Positions 37,211 through 45,845 of a stretch of DNA of 64,000 bases are shown piece after piece. The notes under the pieces are model-generated. The model searched no databases. It saw only the letters and a list, made by a program, of their open reading frames with translations, and was not told the DNA's origin. The position numbers and the translations under genes were made by a program. Source of the stretch: Thermodesulfobacteriota bacterium (GTDB lineage Bacteria > Desulfobacterota > BSN033 > UBA1163); assembly GCA_049514515.1 (NCBI GenBank), contig JBEKUZ010000004.1:15321-79320 (forward strand). Reading direction: 5' to 3'. Within the stretch, counting starts at the first letter, position 1; each line of letters starts with the position of its first letter.

Positions 37211-38938
37211 ATGGCCGAGGAGAAAAAAAGTTTTGGAGATTTTCTGGTGAGATTGGGGGTCCTCAGCGCTGATCAGTTGAGAACAGCCTCCCAGGAACAG
37301 AAACAGAGAGGCGAACGCCTGGAACAGACCATCGTCCGGCTGGGTTATGCTAAAGAAGAGGTGATCCTGCAGGGCTTGGCCGATTATTTTAATCTCCCCT
37401 ATGTCGATCTCGACACCTATCTAATTGATGAGAATATCGTAAAAACCATCCCCGAAGACCTGGCGCGGCGCCATACATTAATCCCTCTCTTTAAGATCGG
37501 AAACACGTTGACGGTCGCCATGCCCGATCCCCTTAATCTCCTTGCATTGGATGAGGTGAGGAACAAGGTGAAGAACGACGTGGAGATAGCCATCGGCACC
37601 GAAAAAAAGATTAAAAAAGCGATTGAACAACACTACGGAGCCGCAGCCACGGTCTTTGAAAGTACCCTCCAGCAAATGGCACAGGGCAGCGTAGGCGGGC
37701 TGCCCCAGGAATCTACAGACTACAGAAAAACGCATGACCTCATTGCCAAAGACGTTCGGCCAGGAGCGATGGAAGATGCTTCTGCTGCCCGGGTGCTCGA
37801 TTTGGTCATGATTCAAGCCATTCGAGATCGGGCCAGCGATATTCATTTCGAACCCGACGAAAAGAACCTACGGGTCCGGTTACGAATTGACGGCTTTTTA
37901 TATGAATCTCTAACCCTCCCTAAGCCAATCCAGCCGGCCATCACTTCGAGGATTAAAATCCTGGCTGAGATGGATATTGCGGAGACGAGGCTTCCCCAGG
38001 ACGGAAATTTCAATGTCAAAATGGAGAAACGGGGTTTTGAAATCCGGGTCTCAACGTTTCCTACGATCTACGGTGAAAACGTGGTGCTTCGAATTCTTGA
38101 CCAGACCAGCCCCCTTTTCAAGCTGGATGATTTGGGGTTTTCCGGAGAGATGCTAAAACAATTCAAGCAACTGGTTCGAAAAACGAACGGGATCATCCTG
38201 GTCACCGGACCGACAGGCAGTGGGAAAACAACCACCCTCTACGGCCTCTTAAACATGATCAATTCGAAGGATAAAAACATTATCACCATAGAGGACCCTG
38301 TGGAGTACCGGTTGGCTCTGATCAGACAGACACAGATCAATCCCAAAGCAGGAATTAGCTTTGCCACGGGATTGAGGTCTATTCTCAGGCAGGACCCTGA
38401 TATCATCATGATCGGAGAGATCAGGGACCTGGAGACCTCAGAGATTGCGATGCAGGCAGCCCTGACAGGCCATCTGGTATTGAGCACGCTACATACGAAT
38501 GACGCGCCAGAGGCGATCTCCCGACTGATGGATATCGGCGTGGAGCCCTACCTCATCTCATCCTGTGTCATCGGGGTTTTAGCACAACGTCTGGTCCGGA
38601 CCATCTGTCCGGATTGCAAGGCGTCTTATCAGATTGACACGAAGGGCACGAGTGATCTTGGCGCTGACGTCTCGAAATCAAAAGGACCGTTAACCCTCTA
38701 TCGGGGGAAGGGCTGCAAAAATTGCAAACAGTCCGGATTCCGGGGAAGAACCGGGATCTTCGAGCTTCTCTTGGTCAATGACGAGATTAAGAAGCTTATT
38801 TCCGAAAGAGCTTCGGTCCAGGTGATTCGAGAGGTAGCGAAGAAGACGGCAGGAATGGTTCCCTTGAGAGAGGACGGCCTGGAAAAGGTTCTAAAAGGAA
38901 TTACCACCCTTAAAGAAGTGGATCGGGTGGCTTACTAA
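37211..38938 (+). CDS. pilB: Type IV pilus assembly ATPase PilB/GspE family (MshE-like)
   Basis: N-terminal T2SSE_N domain, Walker A GPTGSGKTTT, Asp/His boxes, C-terminal tetracysteine motif (CPDC...CKNC). Confidence 0.95.
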   Translation: MAEEKKSFGDFLVRLGVLSADQLRTASQEQKQRGERLEQTIVRLGYAKEEVILQGLADYFNLPYVDLDTYLIDENIVKTIPEDLARRHTLIPLFKIGNTLTVAMPDPLNLLALDEVRNKVKNDVEIAIGTEKKIKKAIEQHYGAAATVFESTLQQMAQGSVGGLPQESTDYRKTHDLIAKDVRPGAMEDASAARVLDLVMIQAIRDRASDIHFEPDEKNLRVRLRIDGFLYESLTLPKPIQPAITSRIKILAEMDIAETRLPQDGNFNVKMEKRGFEIRVSTFPTIYGENVVLRILDQTSPLFKLDDLGFSGEMLKQFKQLVRKTNGIILVTGPTGSGKTTTLYGLLNMINSKDKNIITIEDPVEYRLALIRQTQINPKAGISFATGLRSILRQDPDIIMIGEIRDLETSEIAMQAALTGHLVLSTLHTNDAPEAISRLMDIGVEPYLISSCVIGVLAQRLVRTICPDCKASYQIDTKGTSDLGADVSKSKGPLTLYRGKGCKNCKQSGFRGRTGIFELLLVNDEIKKLISERASVQVIREVAKKTAGMVPLREDGLEKVLKGITTLKEVDRVAY

Positions 38939-41570
38939 CGACGGCCCTTTTGCGTCGCCCGACCCATCCCAGACCAACACAACCTAAAATTCCCAGGATG
39001 GTTGCTCCAATACCCAACTTAAAACTCAAGGGATCATAAACAAATTCTACCTGATGTGTCCCGACACTCAGAGGAATTGCTCTGAATGTATAATCGGCCC
39101 TATATATTTTGGTTTCTTTCCCATCCACGAAAGCCTTCCACCCCGGATAGTAAGTATCGCTCAATACCAGCAGGCAATCTTTGGGAGCCTTCACCTGAAG
39201 GTCTAACCGGTTATTGCTCTCCGTCAAGATTTGGGCCTTCTGAGGGAGCCCACTGAGCGGCTCCCCTACATCATTCGTTCTTCGTAGGGGCGGCCCTCTG
39301 CGGCCGCTCTGGCTTGGGGTGGCTTCTTCCCCCTTTGCAAAAGGAACGGCGTGGGAACTTATCCATTTGGGTTCTTCTTCAAGAAAAACCTCCTGACCCG
39401 GACGAAATTCATTCTGGAGCATCATCAAAAGCATTTTTTGTAAGTCCATCACTTTGAAGTCTTTTACAAGCCATGCTCTCGGAAGAGGGCTGCGATTTTT
39501 ATATAGCTTTATGGTATTCTCTTTAAGGAGATCTTCCCTCTTTCCCTGAAGCCCTTCAAGGTTTGCATAAATCAACTCAAATTTATGGTTTTTCTCAAGA
39601 AGAGTAACAGAGGTAATATATTTCACACCGTAAAGATCTATGAGTTGCGTTGCTGAAATAGAAGGAGTACTGACAAAAATTCTATAAAGATCATCCGTTC
39701 GTTTTACTCGAATGACGTCAGCTCCCCAAAGGTCATGTAACTGATACAGGAGATTCATAGAAGGATAATGTTTTTCCTTCAATGTATTAAGAAATGAAGG
39801 GTCTCCAACCAAAATTGTAGCGTCTTGCGAAATAGTTTTGGCAGTTGAAAATACTCTAAAAAAGCCTTTGTCCGAAGAAATTGTTTTCAATATTTCAGTC
39901 TTTTGAAAATAGTCCGACGCTTTTTCTTTCCAGTAGTAGCCCATATTACCAAACAGGTCTGTTATCAGGAAAAGGATCAATAGAAGTTTTGTCCAACCCT
40001 TCCATTTCTTCTCGTAGCCGGTCCTTAGCAAGAGAAAGAAAAGAGCCAAGTAGAAGAAAAATCTTTTCGTATGGAAAAGGTTTGCAGAGAGATAATTGAA
40101 TTGCGGAAAATCAATCTCTCTTAGTTTCAAATATTGTTCAATACTTCTATGGCCTAAAGCCAGAAATAAAAGGAGTAGACCACTGATGAGAGAAAGCGTT
40201 GTGAGAAGGTTTTTAATTCTCTTCCCTCCACCCTCTTTTGAGAGATCGAACAACCGCTGAAACCCCATGCCTGCTGTAACAGAGAGGAGGAGAATAAAAA
40301 TATAGAGAAATTTTGCAGGATACCGGATTCCATTGAAAAATGGAATGTACTTAAAAACAAAAGGGTAGAGAGGATTGTAAGCGCCTAACGATAGAAAGAT
40401 CGAGAAGATCATGAGAATGAGAAAGAGCATCTTGTTGTCTTGGTGCGCTTCCGTTCGATCCTTTTCTTCAGAGGATAAGGTGCGGCGATGGGGCATGAGA
40501 AAGAAGATCAAGCTCAGTATAAAGGGAAGTCCTCCCGTATAGAGCGTTTTGAACCAGCATTGAACGGTCCAATATTTTTTCATATCTAAAAAATATCCAT
40601 AGGCATCGGGAAGAAAGAATAGAAGAATATCCTTGGGCGCAAAACTCCATGTGGTTGCTTCTTGATAGGAAATTCCATTTCCCCTGATAGAGTGATGAAA
40701 CAATTCGACAAAAGGGAATAATTGAACTGCGGAGAGAAACAAAAAGAGAATGGAAATAACCAAGAGACTTCTTATTCGTCCCCAATAAATGGGGGCGCTA
40801 CGGACGAATTTGGAAATGGAAAGGCTAAAAGGGGATTTGTGGCGTCGGGGTTTATCCCCGACAGAGTTGGCATATGGAAAGGGGGAGAAAATCACCATGA
40901 TTAAGAGAACAAAAAAATTACCATAGACAATTTCTATCCCTCCGCCCAAAAAAGAAATAGTGATCAGAATAGCCGTAAAAATCTCATTTTTTAAACCCCG
41001 TCCGTTGATCGCCCTTCTGAAAAACATCATGATCAAAGGCGTCCAGATACTCGAAAGGAGAATGGTCAGCAAACTATGGACGGAAAGGAGATACCCGCTG
41101 AGCATAAATGTCAGGCCCGAGATAAGGGAACCTGTTGCATTTATCTTAAAGTCTCTAAGGAGAAGGTAGGTGAATAATCCGCCCAAGAAGAAATGAAGAA
41201 TGATGATGGCATTAAAGGCCACATCGAAGGGGAGAAGAAAAAAAAGACCATTTAAGGGATAAAGGAGGGCATGCTGGGGGTTAGCAAAGAAGGGTTGGCC
41301 GGAGAATTGATAGGGATTCCATAAAGGGAAACTTCCATGCTTGATGCTTTCGACCCAGAAGAATCGCGGTGGAATGAAATAAGGACCTAAATCCCTTTCT
41401 ATGAGCAGAAACCTTTTCTCAAGGAGGTCATAAAAAAAGAACAGGGATAAAAAGAAAAGGGCCAGAACAGCCAAGAAATCCGGTGATCTGACCCATCCTA
41501 TTTTTTCTCTAATCTTTTCAATCACAAGGAGGCTGGTTTTACTGTATTCCTTCCTTATAAATCTCAACAA
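38910..41570 (-). CDS. YfhO-family polytopic membrane protein (GT-C-like putative glycosyltransferase)
   Basis: N-terminal region with GPYF...LWNPYQFSGQPFFANPQ..LYP, typical of YfhO. More than 12 TM helices plus a C-terminal periplasmic domain. The track start at 41570 is TTG without an SD, so the exact start is uncertain. Confidence 0.65.
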   Translation of the reverse strand: MLRFIRKEYSKTSLLVIEKIREKIGWVRSPDFLAVLALFFLSLFFFYDLLEKRFLLIERDLGPYFIPPRFFWVESIKHGSFPLWNPYQFSGQPFFANPQHALLYPLNGLFFLLPFDVAFNAIIILHFFLGGLFTYLLLRDFKINATGSLISGLTFMLSGYLLSVHSLLTILLSSIWTPLIMMFFRRAINGRGLKNEIFTAILITISFLGGGIEIVYGNFFVLLIMVIFSPFPYANSVGDKPRRHKSPFSLSISKFVRSAPIYWGRIRSLLVISILFLFLSAVQLFPFVELFHHSIRGNGISYQEATTWSFAPKDILLFFLPDAYGYFLDMKKYWTVQCWFKTLYTGGLPFILSLIFFLMPHRRTLSSEEKDRTEAHQDNKMLFLILMIFSIFLSLGAYNPLYPFVFKYIPFFNGIRYPAKFLYIFILLLSVTAGMGFQRLFDLSKEGGGKRIKNLLTTLSLISGLLLLFLALGHRSIEQYLKLREIDFPQFNYLSANLFHTKRFFFYLALFFLLLRTGYEKKWKGWTKLLLILFLITDLFGNMGYYWKEKASDYFQKTEILKTISSDKGFFRVFSTAKTISQDATILVGDPSFLNTLKEKHYPSMNLLYQLHDLWGADVIRVKRTDDLYRIFVSTPSISATQLIDLYGVKYITSVTLLEKNHKFELIYANLEGLQGKREDLLKENTIKLYKNRSPLPRAWLVKDFKVMDLQKMLLMMLQNEFRPGQEVFLEEEPKWISSHAVPFAKGEEATPSQSGRRGPPLRRTNDVGEPLSGLPQKAQILTESNNRLDLQVKAPKDCLLVLSDTYYPGWKAFVDGKETKIYRADYTFRAIPLSVGTHQVEFVYDPLSFKLGIGATILGILGCVGLGWVGRRKRAVVSKPPDPLL

Positions 41571-41618
41571 TCAATTCAAGACCGTCGTGTTACCATGTGC
41601 TACAACAATAGAACACCT

Positions 41619-41664
41619 CCAATAAACACCCTTTCCTTCTCTCCGTTGAGAGAAAGGAAAGGGT
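41619..41664 (-). terminator. Intrinsic terminator after pilin gene 1
   Basis: Minus strand: CACCCTTTCCTTTCTCTC-aacgg-AGAGAAGGAAAGGGTG followed by TTTATT. Confidence 0.6.
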
Positions 41665-41703
41665 GAGGAGAACATTTTGGATATAAGTTTGCCTATCCCT
41701 CTA

Positions 41704-42075
41704 TTACCACGTAGTATGTGCCGGACAGGTAATATTGGGGGGGGTAGCTGCATCTATTGAAAAACTATACGTAGCCGCTCCCACGGTTATAGTCAGATAG
41801 GTAGCATCTGAGCCAGCAACTTGAACTCCCTGCACTCCGGCAGAACCAACAATGCCCGTCCAATCCTCCGTAGTGGTTGTAACGTTCAATACGCGAGCTG
41901 CATACAATAGGGTATTCGCGGCTCTAAGGCCTCCTAATACCCCCCTTGCCGTGCCATCTTGAGCTTGAGTTGTCAAATCGACATATCTTGGGATGGCAAC
42001 TGCCGCAAGAATCCCGATGATCACAATAATTACGATTAACTCAATTAACGTGAAGCCCCTCTGATGTCTTAGCAT
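41704..42075 (-). CDS. Type IVa major pilin (MshA/PilA-like), copy 1
   Basis: MLRHQRG|FTLIELIVIIVIIGILAAVAIP. AAGGAG RBS. The start is trimmed to match the 7-aa leader of copy 2. Confidence 0.85.
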   Translation of the reverse strand: MLRHQRGFTLIELIVIIVIIGILAAVAIPRYVDLTTQAQDGTARGVLGGLRAANTLLYAARVLNVTTTTEDWTGIVGSAGVQGVQVAGSDATYLTITVGAATYSFSIDAATPPNITCPAHTTW

Positions 42076-42169
42076 ACATGCTCCTTTCCAAATCTTCAAG
42101 ATAAAACCCTTCCTGTAACGGAATTTTCTCTAAAATGAACTGCAGTCGTAAGCAACAACAGAGCACCTG

Positions 42170-42216
42170 CAATAAACACACCCTTTCTTTCTCTCCGTTA
42201 AGGGAAAGGAAAGGGT
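42170..42216 (-). terminator. Intrinsic terminator after pilin gene 2 (duplicate of the 41619-41664 terminator)
   Basis: Same long GC-rich hairpin plus TGTGTTTATT on the minus strand. Confidence 0.6.
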
Positions 42217-42255
42217 GAGGAGAACATTTTGGATATAAGTTTGCCTATCCCTCTA

Positions 42256-42627
42256 TTACCACGTAGTATGTGCCGGACAAGTAATAATGGGGGGAGTACC
42301 CGTATCCATTGAAAAACTATACGTAACCGCTCCCACGGTTATAGTTAGATACTGAGTACCTGAACCAGAAACTTGAACTCCCTGCAATCCGGCAGAACCA
42401 ACAATGCCCGTCCAATCCTGCGTAGTGGTTGTAACGTTCAATATGCGAGCTGCATATAACAGGGCATTCGCGCTTCTAAGGCCTCCTAATATCCCCCTTG
42501 CTGTGCCATCTTGAGCTTGAGTTGTCAAATCGACATATCTTGGGATGGCAACTGCCGCAAGAATCCCGATGATCACAATGATGACGATCAACTCAATTAA
42601 TGTGAAGCCCTTCCGATTTTTAAGCAT
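42256..42627 (-). CDS. Type IVa major pilin (MshA/PilA-like), copy 2
   Basis: MLKNRKG|FTLIELIVIIVIIGILAAVAIP. About 85% identical to copy 1. GGAGGAG RBS. Confidence 0.85.
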   Translation of the reverse strand: MLKNRKGFTLIELIVIIVIIGILAAVAIPRYVDLTTQAQDGTARGILGGLRSANALLYAARILNVTTTTQDWTGIVGSAGLQGVQVSGSGTQYLTITVGAVTYSFSMDTGTPPIITCPAHTTW

Positions 42628-42722
42628 ATTTTCTCCTCCTTGTCGAGAATTTATTGGTATTCACTCCATTTTGCACAATTTAATATCAGCTTGGAAATTC
42701 CTTGTCAAGTGAATTAGTTAAC

Positions 42723-42739
42723 AGCAATATTTATGCCAG
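42723..42739 (-). promoter_or_regulatory. Sigma-54-type (-24/-12) promoter candidate for the pilin genes
   Basis: Minus strand CTGGCAT-AAATA-TTGCT matches TGGCAY-N5-TTGCW, about 85-100 nt upstream of the pilin-2 ATG. A sigma-70-like TTGACA-N17-TATTAA lies just upstream as an alternative. Confidence 0.5.
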
Positions 42740-42897
42740 TCGAATCCAAAATTGGCAAAATCATTATACTAATAAAAAAATAAATGATTTCAAATAGTTA
42801 GTTGATGGCGGGTAGTTATTTTGAATTTAACAAGGATCAGCTTGCTAAGAAAAATGGACAAATTTTGCATGTTGGACAAAAATTGTTCGTTTTTTTG

Positions 42898-44041
42898 GTA
42901 ATTATTTACTTGACACACAAGAATTTTTATGCTACATTAATCTTAACAAATACTTGAAAGGAATATCTCATGGAAACAACAATTCAATTCCCAAAAACCT
43001 TACAGGAAGCAATCGCCTACTTTTCTGATTCTGACCGATGTTTTGAATATGCGGTAAAACTTAGATGGCCGAATGGAAAAATCACTTGCCCCCGTTGCGG
43101 ATCGGATAAACACTCTTTCATTTCAACACGTCGCCTTTGGTGGTGCAAGGGTTGCAAACAACAATTCACCATGAAAGTAAATACCATCTTCGAGGATAGC
43201 CCTCTTGGTATGGATAAATGGATGACTGCCCTTTGGTTGTTAGTGAATTGTAAAAATGGAATCAGTAGTTGCGAAGTCGCCCGTGATCTTGGAGTTACAC
43301 AAAAGACTGCATGGTTTATGTTACATAGACTACGCCTTGCTATGCAGACCGGATCATTCTCTAAACTTGGCGGAGAAGTTGAGGTTGACGAAACATTTAT
43401 TGGTGGCAAGGCCAGAAACATGCATCCCCAAAAGAAGAGCCTTAGAGTTACCGGAAGAGGGGGGAAGGATAAAGTCCCCGTTATGGGAATCTTGGAGCGT
43501 GGCGGAGAGGTTAGGACAGCCATCGTCCCAAGCCGGAAGAAGAAAGTTCTTCAAAACGAAATCAAGAAGCATGTTAAGGCAGGAAGCGCACTTTATAGTG
43601 ATGCCTTGCGGTCTTATGATGGGCTTGATTCAGAATTTGCTCACAAAGTCATTGACCACGCCGTTGCATACGTTGACGGTAAAGTCCATACAAACGGCCT
43701 TGAAAACTTCTGGAGTCTTTTGAAACGTAGCTTGAAGGGGACCTATGTCAGTGTAGAACCTTTTCATCTCTTCCGTTACTTGGATGAACAGAGTTTTCGT
43801 TTTAACAATCGGAAAGAAATGAATGATTCGGAAAGATTTGAAGAAGTGATGAGCCAAGTTTTAAATCGTCGCGTTACCTTTAATCAACTCACTGGCAAAG
43901 AAATTTCTACGACGCAACTCAATTAACCACAAACGTCAAGGACGGGGCAAGCGAAAGAAAAACTAACTCTTTCGCCTATGCCCTGTCTTACATTTTTTCT
44001 CTGCTTCTTTAATTTCGGACTTTGGTACCTTAAATAATTTC
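42898..44041 (+). mobile_element. IS1595-family insertion sequence (single transposase ORF). The ends are approximate.
   Basis: A DDE transposase with an N-terminal zinc ribbon fills the interval. Imperfect terminal inverted repeats GTAATTATTTAC (left) / GAAATTATTTAA (right, reverse complement). Transposase terminator hairpin at 43943-43995. No clean target-site duplication recognised. Confidence 0.5.
42970..43926 (+). CDS. IS1595-family transposase
   Basis: N-terminal zinc ribbon (CPRCGS...CKGC) + DDE domain (...VEVDETFIGG...YSDALRSYDGL...HAVAYVDGKVHTNGLENFWSLLKR). Confidence 0.9.
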   Translation: METTIQFPKTLQEAIAYFSDSDRCFEYAVKLRWPNGKITCPRCGSDKHSFISTRRLWWCKGCKQQFTMKVNTIFEDSPLGMDKWMTALWLLVNCKNGISSCEVARDLGVTQKTAWFMLHRLRLAMQTGSFSKLGGEVEVDETFIGGKARNMHPQKKSLRVTGRGGKDKVPVMGILERGGEVRTAIVPSRKKKVLQNEIKKHVKAGSALYSDALRSYDGLDSEFAHKVIDHAVAYVDGKVHTNGLENFWSLLKRSLKGTYVSVEPFHLFRYLDEQSFRFNNRKEMNDSERFEEVMSQVLNRRVTFNQLTGKEISTTQLN

Positions 44042-44103
44042 TTTAATGTGTTCTCAAAGTTCGTCTTTGCTTTGTTGCCTTCAATCATTTTAGGTTTCAT
44101 AAC

Positions 44104-45030
44104 TCACTCCGATAATTTAATTGAAAGACCTTCAAGAAATTCCTTTGTCCTCTCCATAATGCTAAGCGCTGGTTCTTCATCGTAGCTTTCCCTTGCATGG
44201 GCAACAAATATACGGTAACCGTTTTTAAAATGTCTAAATTGAGAAGCGGCTTCTGAACAAAATTTCAGTTCTTCGTCTCTTGCTGTACTTCTGGGAAGTT
44301 GTTGCTGTGTTTCTATTTTTTTTTCAATCTCTTTTATGAGAGCATTCCATTCAGCAAGATTAATCTCAAAAGGGAAAATCACGTTTAAATGTTGAGCCAA
44401 TGCCCGCAAACCTATTTCTGCTGCTCGCATTGAATGAAATACAGAAGCAGTATATTCACCAACAGTAAAAGAGTTCCCCGCATGTTGCAATTCCCTTAAC
44501 GCTTTTGGGAAAAAAGATATAAAACGCTCATTGAAATCTGATCGTTCGTAATATTTAGCTCGATGGGATGGAACAAAAAAGAATAGATGTTGACTCATTT
44601 CGACCTTAACTGCTTTTATTAATATCTCTAAAGTTTCTGAATTGCTTGGCGGAATGTCAAGTGCATCTTTTAATAAAGTTGAAGCGATTTTAAGATGCAT
44701 ATTATCACAATGGGTTTTTAATTTATTCAATAATTTTATAAAATCTATTTTCTCTTGATCTGTCAAAACCATTTCTTTATCTAACTCGCCAATATGGAGA
44801 CAAATTCCAATATCGTTGATCGTTTCTCCCATTTCTATGTATTCACTTGCTGCAAATTTAAGCATGTCTTCTAAACTCCAAAGTCGGAAAGGATTTTTGA
44901 CCCATGGCAATAGATGATCGTCCGAATCATTATCGCTTAATGAGGTTTGTGTGTCAAGTATAAATGGTTGGGGAAGATCAGGAGATTTTCGACGAGAAGA
45001 AAAAAATTCTTGCATTTGGCATACCTCCAT
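44104..45030 (-). CDS. Uncharacterised protein, possible HEPN-like (R-x4-H) domain
   Basis: Low-GC (~35%) gene. ...MRAAEIGLRALAQHLNV contains Rx4H. No confident family. Confidence 0.4.
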   Translation of the reverse strand: MEVCQMQEFFSSRRKSPDLPQPFILDTQTSLSDNDSDDHLLPWVKNPFRLWSLEDMLKFAASEYIEMGETINDIGICLHIGELDKEMVLTDQEKIDFIKLLNKLKTHCDNMHLKIASTLLKDALDIPPSNSETLEILIKAVKVEMSQHLFFFVPSHRAKYYERSDFNERFISFFPKALRELQHAGNSFTVGEYTASVFHSMRAAEIGLRALAQHLNVIFPFEINLAEWNALIKEIEKKIETQQQLPRSTARDEELKFCSEAASQFRHFKNGYRIFVAHARESYDEEPALSIMERTKEFLEGLSIKLSE

Positions 45031-45130
45031 GCTAAGATTTGGTTAGTACGGCCAAATGCGTTAGTTCTAAGGAAATCGGACTGCCATCCGATCTTCTTAT
45101 TCCTTCCGACGAGCGTTAATCCATAATAGC

Positions 45131-45787
45131 ATGGAGGACGCTCGGATGCAAGTCTTATTGTCTTTTAAACAACAAAAAATACTTAGAGCAATTAAAATCG
45201 TGTTCCCAAAAGTCAAAAATACGTGGCAATATTTTGAATCCCCTGGATATGTAGGGGTATTCGGTGCCATGACTTTATTTTATTTATCAGTAACACAGGG
45301 GCATATATACGTTGGATTATCTATCATAATTCTTGGAATATTTTTTGGATTTCTGGCTTCTTATAATTCAGGTAGACATAAATCAACTGACTTGGTTGAT
45401 GAATATGAAGAAAGATTTTTTATAAGAATGAAAGCAGAAAGGAAACATGCCGCCCAATACTTATTGGGAGAAATAAAAAACAATGCTTGCCTAAAATGGG
45501 TTCTTGATTACCTTGAAGCTCCAATAGCAGAAAAAGTTGTTAAAGAGCAAATTGATACTATGCAAGTTTACAGTTATTTCCGGCACTGGATCGAGTTGTA
45601 TTGGCAAGCAAGCCAAAAAGACATTCAGATATACCGCAAGAATGATCCTGGCGCGTGGCCAACATTAGGTAAGCTCTATAATATTATGATCACTCTTGAG
45701 AAAAAAGAATTAGGAGAACGATACGTCGGTTGGAATGAAGAACGTGTTGAGGAAGCATTAAAAGACGAAGCAAGTCTTGTGCTATAG
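45131..45787 (+). CDS. Uncharacterised membrane protein (2 predicted TM helices)
   Basis: Low-GC gene divergent from the gene at 44104-45030. TM hairpin GYVGVFGAMTLFYLSV...LSIIILGIFFGFLASY. Confidence 0.4.
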   Translation: MEDARMQVLLSFKQQKILRAIKIVFPKVKNTWQYFESPGYVGVFGAMTLFYLSVTQGHIYVGLSIIILGIFFGFLASYNSGRHKSTDLVDEYEERFFIRMKAERKHAAQYLLGEIKNNACLKWVLDYLEAPIAEKVVKEQIDTMQVYSYFRHWIELYWQASQKDIQIYRKNDPGAWPTLGKLYNIMITLEKKELGERYVGWNEERVEEALKDEASLVL

Positions 45788-45845
45788 TTCCATTTTGTCC
45801 AGTCTCAACCTCTGTGTGTCAAATATATAATTACCGTTTTTTTCA

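Noticed and set aside
42628-42969. AT-rich 340-bp region as a possible tRNA or integration site for the IS1595 element
   Set aside because: No tRNA-like T-arm/acceptor pattern (GTTCRANYC) was found here or elsewhere in the window. The region is better explained as the pilin promoter/enhancer region plus the IS left end.
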